This document shows positions 1-8,993 of a DNA stretch of 48,342 nt, piece by piece. Each line of letters begins with the position of its first letter. Position 1 is the stretch's first letter. The translations under genes and the position numbers were made by a program. This DNA is from a virus. Its lineage: Duplodnaviria > Caudoviricetes. The stretch lies in the IMG/VR virus record IMGVR_UViG_3300037784_000042, positions 1 through 48,342 of that record; one strand, given 5' to 3'. The notes under the pieces are model-generated. The model made no database searches. It was given only the letters and a program-made list of their open reading frames with translations, and was not told where the DNA came from.

Positions 1-2
1 TT

Positions 3-1601
3 TTCATTTGCCTTGGTAACAAGCCCGTTACCGAATTAGAGCGAATACAGCCCTATTTAAGTGAAAACTATGTAAACACTATCTATTTATCGGATAGCGA
101 TATTAGGGCGTTTCCGGGGGCAGAGGGATTTGGTAGAAATGCAGGGTTGAACCTACCTAGACGGGTTCGATTTGTGACCAATACAAACAATACGGGAACG
201 GGTAGTTTACGAAGCGCTATTGATGCTGCTGAGATAGAAGCCGATAGTTTGACTGTTATTATTCCAAGGGTAGGAGGAACTATAACCCTTGGCAGCGACC
301 CTTTGATAAGCGGGACGGGCGGTAATGGAATCGGGAATATGTACATAGCTGGTCAGGCCGCTCCTGGGGATGGTATCAATATTAGGGGCGATGCCGTTAC
401 TTATGGTGGTATGCTTTGGCTTAGAGGCTCAAATACTATTGTACGGTATATTAGGATTCATGGGGGAACAGCTACGGGGTCTAGCGTAGATGCCTTGACA
501 ATAGCGACCCAAAAAAGCGTGGCAGCGCACACAGTTGAAGACATTATTATTGACCATTGTTCATTTTATTGGGGCAAGGATGAAAACATTGAGGTAGGGG
601 CTTATGATGGAAGTACAATGCAAAATGTTTCTATAACCAATTCCATCTATGCCGAAAACTTTGGTACTGGTTATGGAATGTTGTTGTACTCGACAGAGGG
701 AACAATGGACAATATTACGGTTTACGCTTGTCTAGGCGTAGATATAAAGGAGCGCCAGCCTTATATGTCAAACTGTAATATGGAGTACGAGGTCATCAAT
801 CAAATGTTACTGAATTTAGAGCATGTAACAAACTTTAGTGTGAATAAAGTTGATTGGATAGGCAACCACTACAAATGGAACAGTAGTTATCCTATGACCG
901 ACGGGGGTAATTTTAGTTTTAACTACACAGTCAACACTTTTGAGGTTTCACCCAATATAGCCACTTGCCCAAGCGACCCCGGATGTTGTGATAATGCCTC
1001 TTTAGGGGATTTACCTATTTATGTAGGCGACAACCTTCTTACAAATGACACTAGCGGAAACACTTTGTTTTCCCCAAGTTTAACAACTTGGAACGCAGCC
1101 TCTAGGGTAATAACGGAAAGTTTGATTACCCCTATTCCATCCGAAGATGTGGAAAGCACTTTTATAGGCCATGTAGGGGCTTCTTTGGTAAGGGATGGCC
1201 ATGACACTAGAGTGACGGATGAGTTTATCGCCAATGATAGGAATTACAGGCCAACAGGAGAAGCTGATGGTAATGTTGGCGGGCATGAAACCTATTCTAG
1301 CGGTACGCCTTACGTAGATACGGATGGGGATGGGATGAGCGATGCATTTGAAACTGCTAATGGTGGTGACCTAGACATCAATGATATTTTAGGGGAATAC
1401 ACTTTATCAGATGGTGTAACCAAAGTTAATCAATCACGGGACGTAAATAACTGGCAAACAACAGGGATGCGCGCAATCGATGTATTCCTTGCTGATAGTT
1501 TTTATGGGCGTAGAAGTGATTGGGATAGTTTCACAGCGACGGGAAGCGGAACAGTATTCAGCGCATCAAAGAGTTCACAGGCAATATTAATAGCAAATTA
1601 G
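3..1601 (+). CDS. PL1-family pectate-lyase-like parallel beta-helix protein, 5'-truncated; possible depolymerase
   Basis: The frame is open from nt 3, upstream of the ORF-track start at 147, and encodes RAFPGAEGFG. It also has IAGQAAPGDGI, IIIDHCSFYWGKDEN and C-terminal DTDGDGMSDAFE, motifs typical of Bacteroidota PL1 lyases. Confidence 0.8.
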   Translation, partial: FICLGNKPVTELERIQPYLSENYVNTIYLSDSDIRAFPGAEGFGRNAGLNLPRRVRFVTNTNNTGTGSLRSAIDAAEIEADSLTVIIPRVGGTITLGSDPLISGTGGNGIGNMYIAGQAAPGDGINIRGDAVTYGGMLWLRGSNTIVRYIRIHGGTATGSSVDALTIATQKSVAAHTVEDIIIDHCSFYWGKDENIEVGAYDGSTMQNVSITNSIYAENFGTGYGMLLYSTEGTMDNITVYACLGVDIKERQPYMSNCNMEYEVINQMLLNLEHVTNFSVNKVDWIGNHYKWNSSYPMTDGGNFSFNYTVNTFEVSPNIATCPSDPGCCDNASLGDLPIYVGDNLLTNDTSGNTLFSPSLTTWNAASRVITESLITPIPSEDVESTFIGHVGASLVRDGHDTRVTDEFIANDRNYRPTGEADGNVGGHETYSSGTPYVDTDGDGMSDAFETANGGDLDINDILGEYTLSDGVTKVNQSRDVNNWQTTGMRAIDVFLADSFYGRRSDWDSFTATGSGTVFSASKSSQAILIAN

Positions 1602-1602
1602 T

Positions 1603-1956
1603 ATGAAATATTTAATCGTTTTATTGTTTTTTCCATTGGTCGGGTTTAGTCAAAATATTTGGACTGATCTTAATTATCCTGATGTTTCGTTTAATGATTT
1701 ACCACAAACTGTAATTTATGATGTAGAGGTAGGCAAAGACACTTTAATTGTTTATAAAAAACATTGGGTTTGGGATAGAAATATGAGTTGTATGGTTGCC
1801 CATAATGGTACGCAATGCGACTGGAATGATCCTTTAAAAATGCGAGATATTTATATCGTTAAAAAAGGTAAAATAACACTATTGGAAACGCAAACAATAA
1901 GAACAAAAAAAGTGCCAAAAACTGTTTATGAAACAGAAGAGTATTGGGATAATTAA
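1603..1956 (+). CDS. Hypothetical protein with Sec-type signal peptide
   Basis: N-terminus MKYLIVLLFFPLVGFSQ; starts 1 nt after the previous stop. Confidence 0.7.
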   Translation: MKYLIVLLFFPLVGFSQNIWTDLNYPDVSFNDLPQTVIYDVEVGKDTLIVYKKHWVWDRNMSCMVAHNGTQCDWNDPLKMRDIYIVKKGKITLLETQTIRTKKVPKTVYETEEYWDN

Positions 1957-1973
1957 TAGCAAAATAGGAAGTT

Positions 1974-2513
1974 ATGGAAAAGACCATTAAAATAATAAAT
2001 GTATGCTCGATTATTGCTATTGGGTGTATTCTCGCTATGGTCATTGGCCGAACTGCTGAAAGTTGGTCACAGAACCACACAGGAGCTTATGATTTCCTTT
2101 TGTACGGCACATTATTGTCAATAACCATAGTTTACTTGCTTAGGGGTCTTTTCCATCACAGAAAAGAAAAAAAGGCGTTCAGATTGATTTGGAGACTGAA
2201 CAGGGGTGATTTTGATTTGATTACATCATTGTTTTTTGGATTTGTCCTAATATTTGGAGTGAACAGTATTTTTGATTGGGTGCAGTTTGCTCATATCATA
2301 TTTACGGCATTGGCCATAATTTCAGCAAGCATTGGGATGGTTTCCTATTTTAAATCGGGAGTTTCGCTGCATGGTGCGATATTGAGCGTTGCAACTTGTG
2401 GAGCATTATTCCTTTTCGCTTATTTAGGGAATGATCTTACAACGGCAGAAGGGGAAATGATAATTGCATTTCCTATTGTATTATATTTGTTATCAACAAC
2501 TAAAGACCATTGA
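1974..2513 (+). CDS. Multi-pass membrane protein
   Basis: About six hydrophobic segments; lies in the lysis region. Confidence 0.7.
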   Translation: MEKTIKIINVCSIIAIGCILAMVIGRTAESWSQNHTGAYDFLLYGTLLSITIVYLLRGLFHHRKEKKAFRLIWRLNRGDFDLITSLFFGFVLIFGVNSIFDWVQFAHIIFTALAIISASIGMVSYFKSGVSLHGAILSVATCGALFLFAYLGNDLTTAEGEMIIAFPIVLYLLSTTKDH

Positions 2514-2514
2514 T

Positions 2515-2883
2515 ATGGAAGCATTTTTGAATATTTTGACAATTGCAGGGCTAGGGTTCTTGGGAATCTTACTTTATGCTTTTTCCGTTGTTTGGAAAAA
2601 AATCAAACAAAACGGATTTAGTCCTAAAAAGTTTTTCAACGAAAATAAAACGTTTTGGTTGGTGTGCATTGCATTTAATGTTGTTTTGGCCATTGTAATA
2701 GCAGTAGTTCCAAACTTTGATGAGGTTTTAAGAACATTGGGCTTTGCGATATATGACGACAATTACGGCGGATATGTTCTTCTTGGAATTGCATTGGCTA
2801 TGGGGAGCGACAACACCAAAATGAGCGGTGATAAAAAGTTGGCAACTACCAATCCAACAAAAGAAGGTGGTGGTAAAACGTAA
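2515..2883 (+). CDS. Membrane protein, holin-like candidate
   Basis: ATG at 2515 (MEAFLN); about three TM segments and a charged C-terminal tail. Confidence 0.55.
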   Translation: MEAFLNILTIAGLGFLGILLYAFSVVWKKIKQNGFSPKKFFNENKTFWLVCIAFNVVLAIVIAVVPNFDEVLRTLGFAIYDDNYGGYVLLGIALAMGSDNTKMSGDKKLATTNPTKEGGGKT

Positions 2884-3223
2884 TATATCTGGAATATCGG
2901 CTTTTTTGGCAATGTTGTTGTTCCCAACAGCATATTGGATATGTGAATTTTTCTATCCATCAATGGATGATATTGCAAAATGGAGATTATTAAGGGATTG
3001 TTTACATGGTGTTCTTATCCTATTATTAGTAATAAGTTGTATTTTTATCAAGAATAAACTTACAATTGCTTCTTTAATGGGGCTTGGGGTACTTGTAATT
3101 TCTGATATTGTTGATAGGCTATTTTTTGGTACGTTCACTTTTGATTGGACGGATTGGCCTTCAATTGGGGCGGCGATTACGGTATTCTTGTTAAAAATAA
3201 GGACTAAATATGTTTCCACCTGA
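2828..3223 (+). CDS. Membrane protein (start uncertain)
   Basis: About four hydrophobic segments; overlaps both neighbours. Confidence 0.55.
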   Translation: MIKSWQLPIQQKKVVVKRNISGISAFLAMLLFPTAYWICEFFYPSMDDIAKWRLLRDCLHGVLILLLVISCIFIKNKLTIASLMGLGVLVISDIVDRLFFGTFTFDWTDWPSIGAAITVFLLKIRTKYVST

Positions 3224-3557
3224 TGAAAACTGGGTAAAATTTTGGGGTCAAGTTCTCCAAGTTTTGACAAAAACGATTTTTCCTGCAATAGTAGCAGTAA
3301 GCGTAGGAATAGCAGTAAGGATGCAACAAAAAAAAGTAACATTATTGAGTGCTGTTTGCTCGTTCGTATCGGGATGCGGATTGGCCTATATCACTGGTTT
3401 CTATATCGAGAACAACTATCCAGAGGATATAAGGCCGATACTCATTGGTGCGATTGCTATTTTAGGGGATAGATTCATATTGTGGTTGATCTATAAATTT
3501 GAGATTGATGCTTTTATGGAAACAATCATGCAACTATTTTTCAATAAGAAGAAATGA
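3210..3557 (+). CDS. Putative holin
   Basis: 115 aa, about three TM segments, basic C-terminus (NKKK), upstream of the endolysin candidate. Confidence 0.6.
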   Translation: MFPPDENWVKFWGQVLQVLTKTIFPAIVAVSVGIAVRMQQKKVTLLSAVCSFVSGCGLAYITGFYIENNYPEDIRPILIGAIAILGDRFILWLIYKFEIDAFMETIMQLFFNKKK

Positions 3558-3922
3558 AACTTGCCAAGGATATATTAGCAGTTTTAGGGGCAATGGGCTT
3601 TGTGCTTGGAATTGCATGGGGAGCAATGAAGTTTTATCAAAGGGCTTTTACATCTGCTGAAATAAGAATGGAAACCGAAAAATTCATGCAAGAAGCAGAT
3701 TTGAACAAGGTTTATGGGGAATACATACTTGATTCGATAGAAGAAGTTCAAATGCAAGCATGGAGAAGAAAGCAAGAGGTCAAGGATAGTATAACATTCA
3801 AAAGGTTGCACGAGATGGATTCATTGATAAGATTAGGAGTGTACCTATCAAATAAGGCAGCAAAGGCAACAGACACCCTTAATATGAATATAGAGCATAC
3901 TTTAGAACACGTTGACCAATGA
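3554..3922 (+). CDS. Single-TM membrane protein of the lysis block
   Basis: N-terminal TM helix then a helical domain; ATGA overlaps at both ends. Confidence 0.6.
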   Translation: MKLAKDILAVLGAMGFVLGIAWGAMKFYQRAFTSAEIRMETEKFMQEADLNKVYGEYILDSIEEVQMQAWRRKQEVKDSITFKRLHEMDSLIRLGVYLSNKAAKATDTLNMNIEHTLEHVDQ

Positions 3923-4356
3923 AAACAATTCGTATTTATAGGGATTACTTTTTTGACCAAAGGGCTTCATTGGGCAGTTGCTTTGTTTTGGATGAAAAAT
4001 GCAACAGATTGTTCAAGTCCGTTTCATTAGAAAGAGGATGGATGGACAATGAAAGAAATGTGAGTTGTATTCCAGTTGGCGTTTATGATGTTGTTTTGGA
4101 ATATTCGCCAAGGTTTCAAAAAGATTTGTGGGAAATAAAGGGAGTTCCGAACAGAAGTGAGTGTAAATTTCATTCTGCAAATTATTGGCATCAATTGAAT
4201 GGTTGTATAGCATTGGGCAAATATGAAGATTTCTTGGACGATGATAAGATACCTGATGTTGTAAGTTCACGATCTACAATGGAGGCTTTTCACAAGTCAA
4301 TGGGCGATGATACAAAAGCTATTTTGGAAGTGTACAACCTATTTGAATTAATATGA
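3919..4356 (+). CDS. DUF5675-family protein, putative endolysin
   Basis: SLERGWMDN..SCIPVGVY..YSPRF..VPNRSECKFHSAN...LNGCIALG pattern; located between holin and spanin candidates. Confidence 0.75.
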   Translation: MKTIRIYRDYFFDQRASLGSCFVLDEKCNRLFKSVSLERGWMDNERNVSCIPVGVYDVVLEYSPRFQKDLWEIKGVPNRSECKFHSANYWHQLNGCIALGKYEDFLDDDKIPDVVSSRSTMEAFHKSMGDDTKAILEVYNLFELI

Positions 4357-4823
4357 AAAATACAATCTACATAATCGCTATTTTACTTTTGGTCGGTTGC
4401 CGTGCAAAAAAGGAAACCTTAAAAACGGAAATAAAACAGTCAGACACCTTGATAGTCAAATCAGAGGTTATCAAAGCACCTGTTTTGAACCAGTCTCTTT
4501 TAATAGAGCAGATTTGCGATACCATCACTGGCGAGGTTGTCAGATTCAAAAAGGTATTTGTTGTAAATGGTGACAGTATTCAAATCCTGACCAATGAAAA
4601 AAACGAACTATCAATCAAAATAAGCCAACGTGAGCGTGAATTGGAGAAAAAAGACAGTATAGTTCAAAAACTAAAAGAACAACTCTCACAGGTTTCGGAA
4701 AAGGTCATAATCAAAAAACATTGGCCTTCCATTTTTTGGTCTTTTGGAATAGGCGTTGCTTTAGGGATTATGTTGATGATCTTCAAACCCTGGAAACCTA
4801 TCTTTTCCAGTTTTATAAAATAA
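4353..4823 (+). CDS. Lipoprotein with C-terminal TM helix; unimolecular-spanin-like
   Basis: Lipobox LLVG-C at residue 16; C-terminal hydrophobic helix IFWSFGIGVALGIMLMIF; follows the endolysin candidate. Confidence 0.65.
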   Translation: MKNTIYIIAILLLVGCRAKKETLKTEIKQSDTLIVKSEVIKAPVLNQSLLIEQICDTITGEVVRFKKVFVVNGDSIQILTNEKNELSIKISQRERELEKKDSIVQKLKEQLSQVSEKVIIKKHWPSIFWSFGIGVALGIMLMIFKPWKPIFSSFIK

Positions 4824-4835
4824 AATCTGTTTATT

Positions 4836-5054
4836 TCATTTGGATAGGAGTTTTTCAGCTTCTTTTATGTGCATCCATCTATCCAATGGTTCTGCGTCAA
4901 CCATTTTAGTCAACATATCCCTCAACTCTTTGTTCTCTTCCTTTAGGGATTCATAATCTTTAGCTAGATAAACTCTTTCTGGCTCTATACCTCTCAAATA
5001 ACATCCGTCACCTTCTGGGTACATTAATTTTGATTTTACTTCATCTTTGCTCAT
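4836..5054 (-). CDS. Hypothetical phage protein
   Basis: Last ORF of the minus-strand arm, with a coiled-coil-like segment. Confidence 0.6.
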   Translation of the reverse strand: MSKDEVKSKLMYPEGDGCYLRGIEPERVYLAKDYESLKEENKELRDMLTKMVDAEPLDRWMHIKEAEKLLSK

Positions 5055-5194
5055 TTTGTTTTAATTAGTTGTTTCTAAATTATCTTCTTGCGATTTTTCT
5101 TTCAGTTGTTCAGACCAACATCTTGAACACTGGCAAGGTGTTTGCATTTGACAGGCTGGATACCAATACCCATAACATTTGAAGTTATTTTGAC

Positions 5195-5545
5195 TCATTT
5201 TGTTTTTGTGTTTTGGTTATAGATTTCAATTGCTTTTTCCAATGCTGATTCTCTGGCTTCATTTAATGATTCAAAATCTTCTTGTTCGTAAATAAGTCGA
5301 GATAAAAAATAATCCTCCCCTTCTTCTATGTTTCTTTTTGATATTTCTACTTTCCAGTAATTTGCACCCCAATAAAAAGGAGTTTCAACTAATATATTTT
5401 TACACAAAAAGAAATCAATATACACCCCCCATTGCATCGATTCCGTCAATTCACACCATAACATTGCATCTTTAACATGTAGTTTTTCATGAGTTCTATC
5501 AAACCAATCCTTAAAATCCCTATCAAATTGTGTTTCCTCTTTCAT
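5195..5545 (-). CDS. Hypothetical phage protein
   Basis: 116 aa, tightly packed with neighbours. Confidence 0.65.
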   Translation of the reverse strand: MKEETQFDRDFKDWFDRTHEKLHVKDAMLWCELTESMQWGVYIDFFLCKNILVETPFYWGANYWKVEISKRNIEEGEDYFLSRLIYEQEDFESLNEARESALEKAIEIYNQNTKTK

Positions 5546-5798
5546 ATCTTGTTCTTTAGGTGGGTTAGTAGCTAATCACATCCCGAGATAAAACCAAGTC
5601 TTTTTTGCATTGAACTTGATTCTTTTTTAAATCTATGGAATGCAGCTTTTTCAATATCATCTTGATTAATATCCAACACCTCCTGCATTTTGTGTTTGTA
5701 GTAGGATTCTGCAAATTCACAAAAGATTTTTGTATTGCTGCCATGTGCGGTGACATATCACCTTTATTAAATTTTCTAAAATATTCCTCTGCTTCCAT
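5542..5798 (-). pseudogene. Probable disrupted small phage gene (frameshift plus premature TAG)
   Basis: MEAEEYFRKFNKGD continues more plausibly in a shifted frame as TKIFCEFAESYYKHK...GFISGCD*LLTHLKNKI, ending in an ATGA overlap with the next gene. Confidence 0.45.
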
Positions 5799-5818
5799 TG
5801 TATTGGTGTTTTTAGGGG

Positions 5819-6070
5819 TTAGTACCCATTAAAATCAGGTAATTTTGAGTAAATTTCGTTACTTATCTTGCTTTTTGTTATTGTAAATTCATCACTAAAA
5901 TCCATTTCCTCCATATCTGATTTTAAGAAATGCAATAAGTTTTCAATCGAACTAAATACTTGTTGTTGTTTATTGATAGTTGATGTAAGTATGTAAACAT
6001 TTATGTATTCCTCTTTTTTTTTAAACATACTTTTTGGTTTAAAAACATTAATACTTCTTTTTTTGCACAT
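5819..6070 (-). CDS. Hypothetical phage protein
   Basis: ORF in the minus-strand operon. Confidence 0.5.
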   Translation of the reverse strand: MCKKRSINVFKPKSMFKKKEEYINVYILTSTINKQQQVFSSIENLLHFLKSDMEEMDFSDEFTITKSKISNEIYSKLPDFNGY

Positions 6071-6274
6071 CCCTCTAATCTTTATCGGTTAATTCAATCC
6101 TTTCCTCTGTTTTCATTGGTCTTGTTCTTTATTGATTTCCTTATATTTCTTTAATACTGATTGATAAGTTGCTTTCTCTCGCTCCATTCCACCTAAATCA
6201 TTACAACCTTCAATCATCCTTTCTAACCAATTCTTAAATTCTTCCATCTTACTTAGTTTTATTGTTGTTTAAAA

Positions 6275-6428
6275 ATTGGAGTGGTGGCAGTCCTTTTTAC
6301 GGCCCTTTGCCAACTCTTAGGTATTGAGTGCTCCATCCCTTACTGCTAGGGTTTCGCTTTGCTCCCTACTTACGGGGCGGATTACCATTGTTCCATTTAC
6401 TGCTCATTTTTAGCATCACCACTCCAAT
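6275..6428 (-). ncRNA. Candidate structured RNA with a 12-bp closing stem
   Basis: ATTGGAGTGGTG (6275-6286) is the exact reverse complement of CACCACTCCAAT (6417-6428); GC-rich interior with short hairpins; intergenic. Confidence 0.45.
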
Positions 6429-6687
6429 ATGTCAATATATTAAGGCAGCGGTGTTGCACAAGCTAGAATTTTCAAACAAACGTTAATTGTTTATTTTGCA
6501 AGCCGCTGCCGTTTGTTATTTAGCTTTCATCAATCAATAAATGAACTTCACTCCAAAAATCAACCAATTTTTCATATTCATTTACTTTATTGATAGCGTG
6601 GCCCATGGCAAGACTTTTATTTCCATTATAATGCTTGATTAATTGTTCAGCTTCTTTTTCTTCCATCACATAAACTGTTTTAATTGG

Positions 6688-6900
6688 TTATAAATCATAT
6701 GCCACGAAATCACCTCTCATATCACAAGTAATCCCGATGAACCTTTTGCATTTACATTTCATCATAATAAATCCTTTTTTGGATTTTTCCCATTTAGGCT
6801 CTATCTCATCAAAAGGAATATGCCTTTCACAATGTGGGCATTCTGCTTTTGATTCTATAAGGGTTATTATTCCTTTAGGCACTCTTATTGTTTTACTCAT
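6688..6900 (-). CDS. Small zinc-ribbon protein
   Basis: CPHC and CKC motifs. Confidence 0.6.
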   Translation of the reverse strand: MSKTIRVPKGIITLIESKAECPHCERHIPFDEIEPKWEKSKKGFIMMKCKCKRFIGITCDMRGDFVAYDL

Positions 6901-7286
6901 TCCCCCTTGGTATTGTTGATTGCTTTTAAAGCATTTTCAAACTGCTCTTTAGATGTCCCTGTATTGAAAGTAGCCCATTTATTACACTCGGAAACCAAAT
7001 CAATTAAAGCATCTCTTAATTCATCCCTTTGCATTAATAGTTCGGATGGGAAAAGACCTGATTTGTTGGCTGTGGTTCCTGCATCGGCTATTAGTTGGGC
7101 GTTGGCTTCCGCTTCTTCTTCAATCATCCATGTCCATACGGTAATAAATTCTTCGTTTAATATTTCCTCTCCAAATTTTGAACAAATCGCATGAACATCT
7201 TGCCCGTGTTTATAATCAAACTTTTTTTCAATTCTCCACTCCCCTTTTGTAATCTTTAAGTCTTTCATTGTTGTTGGTTTAGTCAA
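6897..7286 (-). CDS. Hypothetical phage protein
   Basis: TKGEW...EAEANAQLIA pattern common in phage early proteins; start probably at MKDLK. Confidence 0.65.
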   Translation of the reverse strand: MTKPTTMKDLKITKGEWRIEKKFDYKHGQDVHAICSKFGEEILNEEFITVWTWMIEEEAEANAQLIADAGTTANKSGLFPSELLMQRDELRDALIDLVSECNKWATFNTGTSKEQFENALKAINNTKGE

Positions 7287-7449
7287 AACCTTTTAAATCA
7301 TCAACGATTTCTTCTAGTTCTGATATTAATGTTAATCTTTCTTCGTCGTCAAATAGCCCCATGTCTTTTTTAAAACCATCTATTTCAATTTCAATATTGA
7401 CGTAGTTGCTTACTTTTCTTGAATTAATTTTTATCATCTCTCTTTACTT

Positions 7450-7710
7450 TTATGGAAGCGGAACCGCTTTAAATGAATTTTCTATATCCCTCTCAACCTT
7501 AGATATTGCAATTAGAATATCATTAGCCGTCCCTTGGTCTTTCAGCCTTAAATCCAAATAGTTTTTTAAAAGGTCTGATAACCTTGGAAAATACCAAGTA
7601 TCTCTTGAAGTGACTTCTTTGCCTTTTTCGTTGGTGTAGGTCTTTTCATAATTCAACATCCAATTATTTGAATCCGATGTTACTGTGTAGTTTTCGTTAA
7701 GTCTTATCAT
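7450..7710 (-). CDS. Hypothetical phage protein
   Basis: Compact ORF in the minus-strand operon. Confidence 0.6.
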   Translation of the reverse strand: MIRLNENYTVTSDSNNWMLNYEKTYTNEKGKEVTSRDTWYFPRLSDLLKNYLDLRLKDQGTANDILIAISKVERDIENSFKAVPLP

Positions 7711-7747
7711 TTTTCCTTTGTTTTATGGAAGCAATGAGGCTTCCTGG

Positions 7748-8566
7748 TTAATCAATTATTCTTTTTTGGTATTTTTCTGTGAAGGTTTTTTTTAAATCAT
7801 TGTCATTGGCCAATTTCCTGAAAAACTTCTTGACCATCAACCTTTTGGCCTCTGCAATCACAATAGGATCACGTTTTCTTTCAATAGCGTTCATAATCAA
7901 CTTAAAATGTTCTTTTTCTTCAATGCTCAAAGGTTTTTTCGATTCAATGTCAAACCTTAAAACTTCCTTTGCTTCCTCATATACTTTTTTCTTTGTCTCT
8001 GCATCAGTGGGCAGAAACCCATCATCGTAAAGCACTTCGTAAATGTACGCATCCCCTGTTGAAATGTTGCCCAATGCCCTGTATTCCCCATAGATCCTCA
8101 AAACACCTTTTGCAACAATCGAATCCTTTTCCTTTTGTGAAAGTTGGGGTGCTTCTTGGTCTTTTTTCACAAGGTCAAGATTGTGCTTTCTCCTGATTTC
8201 TCTTTTCCATTCGATGTACTTTTTCAGAACATCACTAACATAAGACGCGTTAAAAAGCTGAAAATGCTCGGTTTTATCGCCAAGAACACCGAATCTTTCC
8301 ATTTTAAAGGCAAAGTACAGTTCATCAAAAGAAAGGTTCTTAAAAACGCTTAAAATAAGTTCAACTATTTCGGTCTTGTTGTGGGTCGGAACGGCATCCT
8401 TTATCCCAAGTTGGTTGGTTGTGTGCGTAATCCAGTGCGAAACCTCTTTTGAAATAGTGTAGCTGTCCGAAATATCACGGATTTTTCTGTGTTCCACGAT
8501 GCTTCTGACAAATGCCACTTCGCCCAATGACAACCTTTCTTCTTTGTAAACTGCTAATTCACCCAT
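7748..8566 (-). CDS. Hypothetical replication-region protein
   Basis: 272 aa, overlaps the upstream gene; positional inference only. Confidence 0.6.
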   Translation of the reverse strand: MGELAVYKEERLSLGEVAFVRSIVEHRKIRDISDSYTISKEVSHWITHTTNQLGIKDAVPTHNKTEIVELILSVFKNLSFDELYFAFKMERFGVLGDKTEHFQLFNASYVSDVLKKYIEWKREIRRKHNLDLVKKDQEAPQLSQKEKDSIVAKGVLRIYGEYRALGNISTGDAYIYEVLYDDGFLPTDAETKKKVYEEAKEVLRFDIESKKPLSIEEKEHFKLIMNAIERKRDPIVIAEAKRLMVKKFFRKLANDNDLKKTFTEKYQKRIID

Positions 8567-8993
8567 TTTGCTTTCTGATTTTATCTATAAAGTCTGTTGG
8601 TATTGGTTCGGAATTTTGTCTTATTGTTTCTTCGGTCTGTCTGTTTATGGTTGGTTGCTTTTTTACATTAAATGAAAACTTAGAGTTCTTTGCCCATCTT
8701 GCCAATCTTTTTGAAATATCAAAGGATTTTTCCTTTTCCATCCTGAACTTTCTATCGTTTTCCCCGTGTTCTGACCAATAATCATAGAACTCACGTAACA
8801 TTTCTTTTGGATAGTCTTTGGTAAATTTAGCGACTTTACGCATAAAATCTTCTTTTCTATGCTCAATATCATTGATTTTCAGACCATTGTCTTTAAAAAA
8901 CTGTTCTATTTGTGGATTAGTTATTTTAACAGATAACTGTGAACAGTTTTTATTCCACCATTCTTTGAATTTATTTAATTCTGATTTATTCAT
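8559..8993 (-). CDS. Replication-initiator C-terminal-like Bacteroidota phage protein
   Basis: FYDYWSE..RMEKEKSFDISKRLARW motif recalled from Bacteroidota phage replication proteins. Confidence 0.55.
   Translation of the reverse strand: MNKSELNKFKEWWNKNCSQLSVKITNPQIEQFFKDNGLKINDIEHRKEDFMRKVAKFTKDYPKEMLREFYDYWSEHGENDRKFRMEKEKSFDISKRLARWAKNSKFSFNVKKQPTINRQTEETIRQNSEPIPTDFIDKIRKQNG

Noticed and set aside
5572-5574. Stop-codon (TAG) reassignment
   Set aside because: Only isolated cases; long genes are intact in code 11, TAG ends real genes, and no suppressor tRNA is present.
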